Assembly (NCBI GenBank): GCA_963812605.1
Contig: CAWEWF010000004.1
Location: forward strand, 96,001 to 160,000
Source of the DNA: an uncultured Verrucomicrobiae bacterium
GTDB lineage: Bacteria; Verrucomicrobiota; Verrucomicrobiia; Palsa-1439
Length of the DNA stretch: 64,000 nt
Direction: 5' to 3'
The notes beneath the pieces were generated by a model. That model had not been told where the DNA came from. It saw only the letters and a list, made by a program, of their open reading frames with translations, and did no database searches. A program made the translations under genes and the position numbers. Shown piece after piece: positions 1-9,411 of the stretch (position 1 is its first letter; the number at the start of each line of letters is the position of its first letter).

Positions 1-517
1 GTTCGGGCTCGGGCTCCGCGAGCAAGTGCGCGCACTTGACGGATAGTTCAGAAAGCAAGTCGGCTGGGAGATCGTCAGCGACGATAAGTTCGCTACCGGT
101 AAACAGGGCGCGTTTGCCGGCATGGTCGCCGCTCGTGATGGTGGCCAATACGCGGCGTTGGCGCTTTGACGGTTCCGCCAGCAGCGCCTGCCAGACTTTG
201 TCACTGCGCGGATCGGGTTGCACAAACGTCTGCACCGATCCCCCGCAAATCAGCCCGTCGTCCCAGCCAAAATCATCGTCGAGCACAGCGCGAAATGAAA
301 ACGGCTCGCCCGTTTCGATTGCCCGCAGGGCTTTCTGTCGCGTCTCGGCTTCGAGACAACCGCCACCCAGCGTCCCGAGGATGCGTCCATCCGGCAGGAA
401 GATGGCCTTCGCCCCGCATTTCTGCGGAGTCGAGCCTTTGGTTTCCACAAGGACGGCAAACGCCAGCCGCTCCTTGCGTTCCAGAAGCCCGGCCAGTTGC
501 TGATAGATGGGATCCAC
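1..517 (-). CDS. XdhC/CoxI family molybdoenzyme accessory protein (partial, runs off window start)
   Basis: Manual translation from GTG at 517: VDPIYQQLAGLLERKERLAFAVLVETKGSTPQKCGAKAIF..GTLGGGCLEAE..DGLICGG; GSTP, GGGC-E and CGG motifs of XdhC. Not in the ORF track because its stop lies outside the window. Confidence 0.85.
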   Translation of the reverse strand, partial: MDPIYQQLAGLLERKERLAFAVLVETKGSTPQKCGAKAIFLPDGRILGTLGGGCLEAETRQKALRAIETGEPFSFRAVLDDDFGWDDGLICGGSVQTFVQPDPRSDKVWQALLAEPSKRQRRVLATITSGDHAGKRALFTGSELIVADDLPADLLSELSVKCAHLLAEPEPE

Positions 518-567
518 GTCCCTAGGCTAGCGGCAGATACGCGAGCGAATCAAGTCCTCGCAATAGA

Positions 568-909
568 CTAACGAAATATGTCGATAGCTAGATGGCAGAA
601 CGCCGCGACACCGAATGCCAGATTAACAGTTAGAATCAAACCTGTGGCATAGAGATAGCCTCGTCCACGCCACCTCGTGGGATGACTACGAAACCTTTTC
701 CATGAAAAAAGGAACGGCGCGAACACAATCAGGAAACAAACCAACCAGAAGGCGATACCAGCCGCGAACCTCCGATTACTTAGCATAGCCCAAAGCATGT
801 CTGCTTCAATGGGCGCAGCCATTACAAAAAGAGCTAACCCAAACGCCACAAGAGCAAATGGCTCTAAACGAGGTTTCATCTCGGAACGAAAGTCCAATTT
901 CACTTCCAT
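568..909 (-). CDS. Hypothetical membrane protein (about 3 TM helices)
   Basis: 113-aa ORF, GAGG RBS before ATG 909, three hydrophobic stretches. Confidence 0.6.
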   Translation of the reverse strand: MEVKLDFRSEMKPRLEPFALVAFGLALFVMAAPIEADMLWAMLSNRRFAAGIAFWLVCFLIVFAPFLFSWKRFRSHPTRWRGRGYLYATGLILTVNLAFGVAAFCHLAIDIFR

Positions 910-923
910 ATTTTGCTCACCTC

Positions 924-1358
924 TCAAGTCCCCGCACTATCTGTCGGCACGATTTCCAGTGCCAAGTATGATCGCGATAGCCGACGGCGCGCCAAAATGC
1001 CACGGCGGCGGTGTTGGCGACGAGCACTTCGACGGTCAACCTCTTGGTCTTTGGCCAGATCTCGGAGCGAAGCAGGCATATCGCTTGTTTGCCCAGGCCT
1101 TGCCGACGCCGTGGGCGGACGACAAAGAGTTGGCGGAGATAAATCTCTTCCGGTTGCTCGCGATAGAGCGCGTAGGCGACGACCGTCCCGGCATCCTCGA
1201 ACAGAATCGCCACGTACTCCCCGGCGAGCCAAGCCCTTCATCCGTTGCTCCAGCTCGGGAACGGTCATCCGATTGCGATGTCCCTCATCGCGAATCAATT
1301 GGTGGTTGAGCTCTCCAAGAAGCGAGCAGTCATCCGTTGTGGCGCGCCGATAGGTCAT
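924..1358 (-). CDS. GNAT family N-acetyltransferase (two compensating indels, probably sequencing errors)
   Basis: Joining ORFs 924..1442 and 917..1213 gives MTYRRATTDD..YLRQLFVVRPRRRQGLGK..NTAAVAFWRAVGY; GNAT motif A (RxxGLG) and N-A-FW motif. Confidence 0.8.
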   Translation of the reverse strand: MTYRRATTDDCSLLGELNHQLIRDEGHRNRMTVPELEQRMKGLARRGVRGDSVRGCRDGRRLRALSRATGRDLSPPTLCRPPTASARPGQTSDMPASLRDLAKDQEVDRRSARRQHRRRGILARRRLSRSYLALEIVPTDSAGT

Positions 1359-1365
1359 GGTCGGT

Positions 1366-2424
1366 TCACTGCGCCAGAAAATCGGCGACGGCCGGGTTGA
1401 CCTTTGCGGCTTCGTAACCGGGGGAGAGGTGGCCGCGGTCACTTTCCAGTTTTAGGGTCGGCGCGTGCAGGAGACCTGCAAATTCCAGGGCGGGGGCGGG
1501 ATTAACGGCGCGATCTTGCAGCGCGGAGATGACCAATACTTTGGCTTTCACCACAGCGGCTGCGCCTTCCATCGACCCGCCGAACGGCGCGGAGACATCC
1601 AGTGCCATGATGGCCTCCAACTGGCGGATCTTATCGTTCGAATCGAAGCCGGGGGTGTGGCTCGCCTTTTCGAGATCGGCTGCCAGTCGCTCGCGGGTCA
1701 TTCGGCGGTTGTATTCGTCGGGCGTGGTGAGAATCAGCGCGAGAAATTCGGCCTCAGCCATGCGCGCGGGATTGTTGGTGTAATTCCCCTTGTTCCAGTC
1801 GGGATCATTGGTGATCGCGCGGAGTTGGGCGCGGAGAAAGACGATGTCGTAAGGGGTGGGCCGAGGTGAACCGACGATCGGGATCGCCTTGTCCATGAAG
1901 TCGGGATAGGAAACGATCCATTGGAAGGTCTGCATGCCGCCCATCGAGATTCCCATGACGGCCTTCACGTGATTCAAATGCAATGTCTTCGTGAGAAGTT
2001 TGTGCTGGGTGTTGACCATGTCGCGGATGGTGACTTTCGGGAATTTCATGCGCGGCTGCAACTGGCTGGTCGAGGGCGACGACGAAACGCCATTGGCCAG
2101 CGCGTCGACGGCGATGACGAAGTATTTGGTGCTATCCACCAGTTTGTTGGAGCCGATGCTGCCGATGAGTTGTTCGGTTGTTCCCAGGGCCCACGTGGGA
2201 AAGAGAACCGCGTTTGACTGATTGCTATTGAGGGCGCCGAACGTCCGGTAACCAATGCGGCAGTCGCGGATGACCTCTCCGCTCTCCAGTTTGAAATCAC
2301 CGAGTCGGGCGAACTGCTGCTCCTGGGCGCAAGAGATGTTTGCCAGACAGCATAGAAACAGGGAAAGACGAAAGGCGAAATGGATTGGGTTTTTAACGGC
2401 TGATTGCCTACGAACGGGGTTCAT
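1366..2424 (-). CDS. Alpha/beta hydrolase, homoserine O-acetyltransferase-like, with putative signal peptide
   Basis: GISMGGMQ nucleophile elbow, FKLESG..IGYRTFG, TIRDMV and GH catalytic His; hydrophobic N-terminus ending SCA-QE. Confidence 0.8.
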   Translation of the reverse strand: MNPVRRQSAVKNPIHFAFRLSLFLCCLANISCAQEQQFARLGDFKLESGEVIRDCRIGYRTFGALNSNQSNAVLFPTWALGTTEQLIGSIGSNKLVDSTKYFVIAVDALANGVSSSPSTSQLQPRMKFPKVTIRDMVNTQHKLLTKTLHLNHVKAVMGISMGGMQTFQWIVSYPDFMDKAIPIVGSPRPTPYDIVFLRAQLRAITNDPDWNKGNYTNNPARMAEAEFLALILTTPDEYNRRMTRERLAADLEKASHTPGFDSNDKIRQLEAIMALDVSAPFGGSMEGAAAVVKAKVLVISALQDRAVNPAPALEFAGLLHAPTLKLESDRGHLSPGYEAAKVNPAVADFLAQ

Positions 2425-2478
2425 GGCCGCAGGTTAAGGGGCGGTCGCAGTGAAATCAAGGCGCTATCCTTTGCGGCT

Positions 2479-2542
2479 TGGAGGGACGCGCTCCGTCGCG
2501 TCCGTTCGCTCAAATGCGGCCACGACGGAGCGTGGCCCTCCA
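2479..2542. repeat. REP-like inverted doublet (TGGAG foot)
   Basis: TGGAG-GGACGCG-ctccgt-CGCGTCC ... GGCCACG-acggag-CGTGGCC-CTCCA: two inverted hairpins with covarying stems. Confidence 0.7.
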
Positions 2543-2573
2543 TCATTAGGACACTACTGGGAAGACCAATAAC

Positions 2574-4373
2574 TCAAAGCACCAGCCGCACGCGGTAGTA
2601 GTTGGCGGGGGTGTTGGTGGCGGCGCCGGGGTCGAGATAGTTTGTCGTTGTAAGGCCGGTGCCGGGGATAATGATGTTTCCGCTAATGTTGGAATAGGCG
2701 CCGCCGGGATCCGATGTGGACTCCACGGCGTTTGTCAGCCCGCCTGCGGTCAGCCACGTGATCAGCAGATCCGAACCTTGTAACGTGGTTCCTGTAACAT
2801 GGAACGGAGACGTACTATCGAGCGGGTTGGTTCCCAAGAGGAATTCCTGAAGATTGGACAAGCCATCGCCGTCAGGGTCCGCGGCGGCAACCGTGGGATC
2901 GAAAGGATTGAAGCCATATTGTTGTTTCCAGCCGTTGGGAATTCCGTCGCCGACTTGGCTCTTGGTCGGGTCGAGGAGCGGTTGGACAGAAAGCTCGACC
3001 TGATTGGTATCGGAGGCTGCGCAACTATCAAATGCATTTACCTTGAAGAAGTACGTGATCGGGCTGTTGCTTCCCGGATAGAGCGGAAGGAAGACGGACA
3101 AGGCGTTCGTGGTCAGCAACGGATTGATCTCTCCGCCGCTATTGGTCGCCTCGTAGACGCCATAGGTGAGCGGCGCCGTACCGGATGCCGCGGACCAGGT
3201 CAACGTTGCGCCTTCAATCGCCGGGTGACACTGCTCGGTCCCGCGAAAAGGGGCGGGCTGGCGTAGGTAAATCCGTTGGTCAGCGTTGTCGGAGGTTTAC
3301 CGGGAGTCTTGACCACGACGTTGTAGGTCCCCGGCGAGTTGGCAGCCGTGATGGCTGTCAGGGTGTTGGAATTGACCAAGGTGACACTGGTGGCGTTCGC
3401 GCCATTCATGGTGATCGTGGAGCCGTTTTGGAAGTTCACACCGCCAACGGTGATCGGCGTGCCACCGCTGGCACAGCCGTGGTTGGGGGTGACCGAGAAG
3501 ATCAGGGGCTCCTGCACTACGATAAACTGGTAAACCCGAACGTAATCCACCAGCATCTCGGCGGGCAGGCTGGCAAGGACGCTGTTCGTATCCGGATCGC
3601 CGACGTAATCGCCGCCGGTAGCGAGGTTCATGAGCAGGAAAAAACCCAGATTGAATGGGGCTGGATAAGGTTTGCCCGAGGAACTTGTCCAACTGGTTTG
3701 GGTTTCGTAAGCCGTGCCATCGACCGACCACGTGAGCGAGTTCGTCGTCCAATCCAAATCATACACGTGGAAGTTGGTGACCGAATCGCCGCTGCTGAAA
3801 TTAGTGAAGATTTGGGTCGCGTCAGTTCCGGTGTGGATGCTTCCCTGGACGAAGCCTACGTTGGCTCCATCATTCTCCACGACATCGATTTCGCCGCACT
3901 TCGGCCAGGGATCCTTGTTGATGTTGGTTCCCATCATCCAGAGGGCCGGCCACATGCCGACGCCGGCGGGCAGCTTGCGCGCCATTCGATGCGACCGTAT
4001 TCCGTCGCAAATTTGCCCTGGGTCTTCATGCGGGCGGAGGATATGGTAATCGGATTCGTGTTTTCTTTTTGGGCATGGATATGGAGGAAGCCACCGGCGA
4101 CGTAAGCGTTGTTGGTCAGGCTGGTATAGGTCTCCAACTCATTGTTGCCCCAGCCGCCAGCCCCGGTGTCGAATACCCACTTGGTGCCATCGACATTGGA
4201 ACTGGTGACGCTATTGAACTCATCGCTCCAGACGAGCGACAAGACCACGCTCTGTCCGTATGTCGCTGGGTCCCGGCGCCGAGGAATACAAAAAGCAACA
4301 GACCAGCAATCAGAGTCAGAAACGTCTGCTTGGTTGGAACGAAGAGGTTGGCAAAAAACCGTAGTGCAGTCAT
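2574..4373 (-). CDS. Secreted GH16 (laminarinase-like) glycoside hydrolase with IPT/TIG domain and C-terminal Ca-binding/beta domain (3 apparent frameshifts)
   Basis: Fragments 4116..4373 (signal), 3934..4248 (LVWSDEFN, GWGNNEL), 3200..3985 (GMWPALWMMG, GEIDVVE catalytic ExDxxE, VTPNHG..GGTPITV IPT) and 2574..3203 (GDGIPNGW, DPDGDGLSNLQEFLLGTNP, YYRVRLVL). Confidence 0.85.
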
Positions 4374-4427
4374 CGTGAACTGGTTTCCCTGATCCCTGTT
4401 ATGTTTCGCTTGCTCGCCCCCAAAACG

Positions 4428-4572
4428 CGATGCTGAAATTGGATGACAACGTTTTCACATAACAGACAATATCCGTAACGCGGTCATTCTGAACTGAACC
4501 CGTATCGCGCCCGCCATACTACACTAGCACGGCTTGGGATTACGATGTTAAAGTGCGATGACAACGTTTTCA
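4428..4572. promoter_or_regulatory. Two LacI-family-like operators TGACAACGTTTTCA (4444-4457, 4559-4572) upstream of the GH16 gene
   Basis: 30-bp direct repeat (4428-4457, 4543-4572; 25/30 identical) ending in an identical 14-bp quasi-palindrome with central CG; spacing 115 bp. Confidence 0.6.
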
Positions 4573-4709
4573 TTGCAGAGTCAACTGACGGAAGGAGTTC
4601 CAACGGCAAAGACCGGCCAGAGCGATAGCTTTGCTGCGGCGCCTGCTTCTGATCCGTTTGAATTTTCCCACTTGATAAATGTTTCAGAGAGTGCAAGTTT
4701 TACAACGTC

Positions 4710-5264
4710 ATGATGGAGGCGCTTCATACCGGTGTTATCAATCTTCATCTACAACCTTTTCCGGCGTTGATTGTCATCGCATTGATCCTCCTCGCTTTCG
4801 GATTGGCGGTGGTGAGTGGCTTCACTATTTTTGCGAAGTATTTTTCCGGCTGGAAGGGTTTGGTCCGAAGATTTCCTGCGACGGACGCTCATTCGCTGGG
4901 GAAAGAATATGGCGGACAAAGCGGTCTCTTTGACCGCAAGTCGCAAAGCCGCCCGTTCAGCCTCAATTCGTTATTTCTCGTTGAGCCCGCCCAGGAAGGC
5001 TTGTTGATCACCGCCTATTTCGCCAGGCGTCAACCGATCCTGCTCCGTTGGTCTGACATCCAAAAGGTTGAAGACCAGGACCTGCCCGGATGGTCGGCGG
5101 TCCTGGTGACCGCGGAGTGCGACAAGGAAAGAAAAATCACGGTGACCGTTCCCAAGGAAGCATTGACGGTTATTCGGTCAAACGTTCCCCCCGAACGCTG
5201 GCACAAAACGAACTCTTTTACGCAACTAATAAAGAGCCGCCTCATTAATCGCACCGTTAGTTGA
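4710..5264 (+). CDS. Hypothetical membrane-anchored protein
   Basis: 184-aa ORF with an N-terminal TM helix followed by a soluble domain. Confidence 0.65.
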   Translation: MMEALHTGVINLHLQPFPALIVIALILLAFGLAVVSGFTIFAKYFSGWKGLVRRFPATDAHSLGKEYGGQSGLFDRKSQSRPFSLNSLFLVEPAQEGLLITAYFARRQPILLRWSDIQKVEDQDLPGWSAVLVTAECDKERKITVTVPKEALTVIRSNVPPERWHKTNSFTQLIKSRLINRTVS

Positions 5265-5394
5265 TTCCTCCTTATTCTCGAACGCATCCAGGAATTATTC
5301 CTATCCCGGAATCGGACTGCTCCCTGATTGATTCCCCGTAGGGCGGTGGAAAATTTAGATGGAAGAAACCTCGGTCACACGTGAGGAGAATTCT

Positions 5395-5859
5395 ATGCAG
5401 TTCGAGGAAAGAGTGTTGGGCGCCGTCAATGCCTACCGCAACCGCCAGGAACGGACGGTGGCTGTTGCGGAACGGACAGAGCAGATGGAAGAAATGGCGG
5501 CCGAGCGATTCAATAAGATCGTCGAATCGGACGTCCTCCCCCTCTTCAATAAAACGGCGGAGCTATTGAAGGACAGTTGTACCGTTCAGATCCATCGCCA
5601 GGAGCACACGCCGGAGCGGCCGTTTGTCGTGAGCGTGGAAATGGTCATCACCCCCAGGGAAGGCGTGTACATTCGCCGGCTGCGCCAGCCGTACCCGAAA
5701 TTGGAGATCTGCCTGAGACAAAAGACGCTCAAGGTGGTCATCTTCACCGAACAACTGCGCCTGGCGAAATTACACCTGGAGGAAATCGATTTCGCCGAAC
5801 TGACCGCGGAGAAGCTGGAACAGTGCGTCCACGATTTTATTGTGGAAATTTTCCGGTGA
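5395..5859 (+). CDS. Hypothetical protein
   Basis: ORF 5359..5859; GAGGAG RBS favours ATG 5395; mostly synonymous divergence from its duplicate 3' end at 8547-8648 supports coding status. Confidence 0.75.
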   Translation: MQFEERVLGAVNAYRNRQERTVAVAERTEQMEEMAAERFNKIVESDVLPLFNKTAELLKDSCTVQIHRQEHTPERPFVVSVEMVITPREGVYIRRLRQPYPKLEICLRQKTLKVVIFTEQLRLAKLHLEEIDFAELTAEKLEQCVHDFIVEIFR

Positions 5860-5879
5860 GTCCGATTGCTTTTGTTTCC

Positions 5880-8326
5880 CTACTCGGAGATTGGGGACCT
5901 CAACGGACGCAAGGACGTTATTGTCGGTATCGGTGGCAAAGAAAAAGGTGCCCGCCTGGTTTCCATTGAGCTTGCTCTTCTTGATCTTGATCGTGACTGA
6001 TTTGCCTTCGCTAAGGGGATTCACCTTCTTCGCCAGAAAGGCGATGCCGACATTTGGATTGAAGGCGCTGCCCTGCCCCAACCAGAGCAGAACATAGAAC
6101 TTGGGGGTGTTTTCCACGCCGGTATTGGTGACCACCAGATCAAAATCGACCGCGCAGGTGGTATTGGTTGTCGCCTTCTTTTTATCGATCTTGGTCTTGC
6201 AGGTCTGCGCCACCTGGGTGAAGGCGAAACCCAAGGTCGCTCCGGCCTGATGAATGGTGAACGCCTGATCCGCAATCGTCATCGTGACGGTGCGGGCCGT
6301 GCCGGTATTCGCCGCCAAGGTGTAACTGACCGTGCCGCTGCCGAGGCCGTTGGTGCCGGCGGTGATCGTAATCAGGCTGCTGTTGCTGGCGGCGGTCCAG
6401 TCGCAGTTGGTCCCGTTGACGGTGACCACGACGTTGCTGGAGCCTCCCGCCGCGCTGAAGTTGGCGGCGGTCGAGTCGAGCGAGAAGGTGCAGGCAGCCG
6501 CGTCCTCGGTGACCGTGAAGGTTTGCCCAGCGATGGTCAGCGTGCCGGTTCGAGCGACGGTGTCGGTGTTGGTGGCGACGGTAACAGTGACCGTGCCGTT
6601 GCCAACGCCGCTGGCGCCGCTGGGGCCATTGGTAATGGTGATAAAGCTGTCGTTGCTAACGGCGGTCCAGGCGCAGTTGGTCCCGTTGGCGGTGAACGTG
6701 ATATCGCCAGTGGCTCCGTCCGCACTGAGGTCGACGTTGGTGAAATCGAGCGTAAAGGCGCAGGGAGCCGCCGGCTGGGTGATGGTGTAGGTTTGTCCGG
6801 CAACGGTGATTGAACCGGTTTGGACGATGGCGTCGGCATTGGTGGCAACCGTGTAACCGACCGTGCCGTTTCCGCTGACGATACCGACATCGGTGACCGT
6901 GATAAAGCCGCTGTTGCTGACAGCGGTCCAGGTGCAGTTGGTCCCGTTGGCCGTGACCACGATGTTGCTGGAGCCTCCATCCACACCAAAGTCGGCGTTG
7001 GTCGAGTCCAGCGCGAGCGCGCAGGCGACACCCGCCTCGGTGATGATGTAGGTCTGTCCCGCAACGGTCAGCGAGCCGGTCAAACCAAACGTGTTGGGGT
7101 TGGCGGTGACGGTGTAACTGACCGTGCCGTTGCCGGTGCCGCTGCTGCCGGCGGTGACGGCGATGAAACCACTATTGCTGGCCGCCAGCCAATCGCAGTT
7201 GGTCCCGGCGGTGACCACAATGTTACTGGCCCCTCCCGTCGCGTCATAGCTGGCGCTGGTGGAGTCGAGCAAGAAAGTGCAACCAACGCCCGTTTGGACA
7301 ATGGTGAAAGTCTGGCCGGCAACGGTCATCGTGCCGGTGATTTCGTTGCTGCTCGTGTTGGCGGCAATGGTATAACTCACCATGCCATTGCCGGAGCCGC
7401 TGGCGCCCGAGTTGATCGTGATGAAGCTGTCATTGTTGGTGGCCGTCCAGGCGCAGCCATTCTGCGCGGTGACAATGACCCCGCCATCGCCACCGGCGGC
7501 GGTAAACATCACGTTGGTCGGACTGATCGCGAACACGCAGACGGTCGTGCCCACCACGATGCTGAACTGGGTCTGTGCGAAGTAGGTGGTCACGCCGAGG
7601 GCGCCGGGCACGCTGTTGGTATCGTTGGATATGATCTTGATGAATTCCAGGTGCCCGGTATTGGTGGTGCCGCGCGGTCAATAACCCCGCGGGAACGAGG
7701 AAATTCGTTGCCGTGCCGTCCAACTGCCCGGGCTGTCCAAGGTCAGGCGTATTGGTGATCGTGTTACCGGATCCGTCGTCGATCTCGAAGCTGACCGCAT
7801 CATTGGTGGTCCCGTTCGTGAACGATCCCCACACGAAGACGAAGTTGGTCGAGGCGTCAATCACCTGGGCCGCGTCGAAATTCAGGATTTGTGGCGGGTT
7901 GGGATAGGCGTCGCCCGACAGAGTCTCCGCGGGGGTAAGCGTCCCGTCGTCCGCAGTGCCGATGGTCATGAGGTAGGTACCGTTGGTGAACACGGCATCC
8001 ATCGATGGTTGATCTATGAAGAGCGACTGGAACTCGAATTTGGAACTCGCGGGGTCAGTCAGTGACAAAACGACGTTGCTGCCGCCCGGGACCTGGACGG
8101 CGGCGCTGAGGATCGTATTCGAGCCGGTGCCCGTGACAATGGCCTGGAACATGAACCCGGTTGCCGACAGCGTGGGCGCGCCCGAGGTGAACTGGTCGAA
8201 CAACTGACCTTTGGCGGCTGGCACATAGAGGGTGACGTCGAAGGGTGAGGCGTTCGCGCGTGCGCTGCCGGCCAGTAACAGGACTGCCAGACATCCGCGC
8301 CATAGCCACGAACCAAAATATTTCAT
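5880..8326 (-). CDS. Secreted protein with five tandem BACON-like Ig-fold repeats (frameshift near 7680; the true stop is probably near 5880)
   Basis: Signal peptide MKYFGSW..ARANA; five ~85-aa repeats C.F.LDST..GG.SN..VT.NGTNC.WTA.SN..FIT..GNGTV.YTV..N..TG.T.AGQT.TI.Q; Lys-rich C-terminal domain. Confidence 0.8.
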
Positions 8327-8546
8327 CGTCTCTTCCTGGTTTGTTGGAATGTCAGTGTGCCGTGATTCTGGAAAGGTCGGAAGAGGCACATGGAAACACG
8401 ACGCCAAGCTCATCACCCTCCGCAGTGGGTTGAAGTACAACAAAGCCATGCCCGACCGTCAAGTGAATTTGGGTTACTCGAAGCCGCCGGATGTATTCGG
8501 TGGCAGTAGCGCCCGAACCATCGTCGGAAGTCATTCCGCGGGCACG

Positions 8547-8657
8547 CGTCTGGCGGAACTACAGCTGGAGGAGATCGATTTCGCCAAACTGACCGCGGAG
8601 AAGCCGGAACAGTGCGTTCATGATTTCATCGTGGGGATTTTTCGGTGATTCCGGTTG
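8547..8657 (+). repeat. Diverged direct copy of the last 34 codons of the gene ending at 5859 (5758-5868)
   Basis: RLAELQLEEIDFAKLTAEKPEQCVHDFIVGIFR* vs RLAKLHLEEIDFAELTAEKLEQCVHDFIVEIFR*; 88/102 nt identical by manual alignment. Confidence 0.9.
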
Positions 8658-8989
8658 GCACGAATCGCCAACACATCGCCTCGGATCAATTGTCTGATGT
8701 TGAGACCTGACCCCAATTTCTCGCCGGAGAACGATGCTGCCAGCGCAAGGCTTACCGCCAGGATTTTTGGAATTGTGACGACATCGTTGGCTGTTTGAGG
8801 AGTCTAGGAGTGCAGGGGATATGGCCGTCAACAGTCATCGAAGAATTGTGATCTGCCAACGACGTGACACACAGGTTTCCGCCTGGTGTGGGTGTGCGCG
8901 GACTACCTGCTCTACACAGATAGCCTCCGATCTAAAACCATTAGAGTGCGCTCGTCCCCCAAGGGGCAGAGGAGATGCGGTGAGAAGGA

Positions 8990-9341
8990 TCAGCCGGCAC
9001 GGACGAACCAGTAATCGGCGACTTTCTTAAAGTGGACAACGGCACGCGGGCTGCGTGCCCATGCAAATCTTCCGTGCAGGCTTTTGCACGGACGACAGCA
9101 GCGCCCGGTACTGCTTCCGAAATCTAACGTTGACGAGAAGTCATCGAGCGGTTTCGCCTGGCTGTTACCAATCTCCGCTTTGCTTTCTTCCACAAGCGAT
9201 CCAGTCGCCCTTCTTGCTGTCTTCCTTGAGTTGTTTGTCCCAGAGCGTCGCGTCGTACCCGACAAGCCAGCGGGTAAGTTGCGCCACTTCCTTGGGAGAG
9301 AGCCTGGCAATCTCGGCTTCGATTTTTTCGACGGTGCTCAT
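8990..9341 (-). pseudogene. Degenerate type II toxin-antitoxin pair (antitoxin MSTVEKIEAEIARLS..WDKQLKED; RelE-like toxin remnant)
   Basis: The antitoxin needs 2 frame corrections; toxin fragments RFRKQYRAL..VQK.ARK and HFKKVADYW.VR lie in different frames with an early stop. Confidence 0.6.
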
Positions 9342-9411
9342 GGACAAATGTTACGACATGAGGCAATCCGACTCAAGTCGCAAGTAAGCGGGGACTCCTG
9401 CAAGAAACGGC

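Noticed and set aside
5758-8657. Diversity-generating retroelement TR/VR pair
   Set aside because: The 14 differences are mostly C/T and A/G transitions in both directions, not adenine-specific, and there is no reverse transcriptase in the window.
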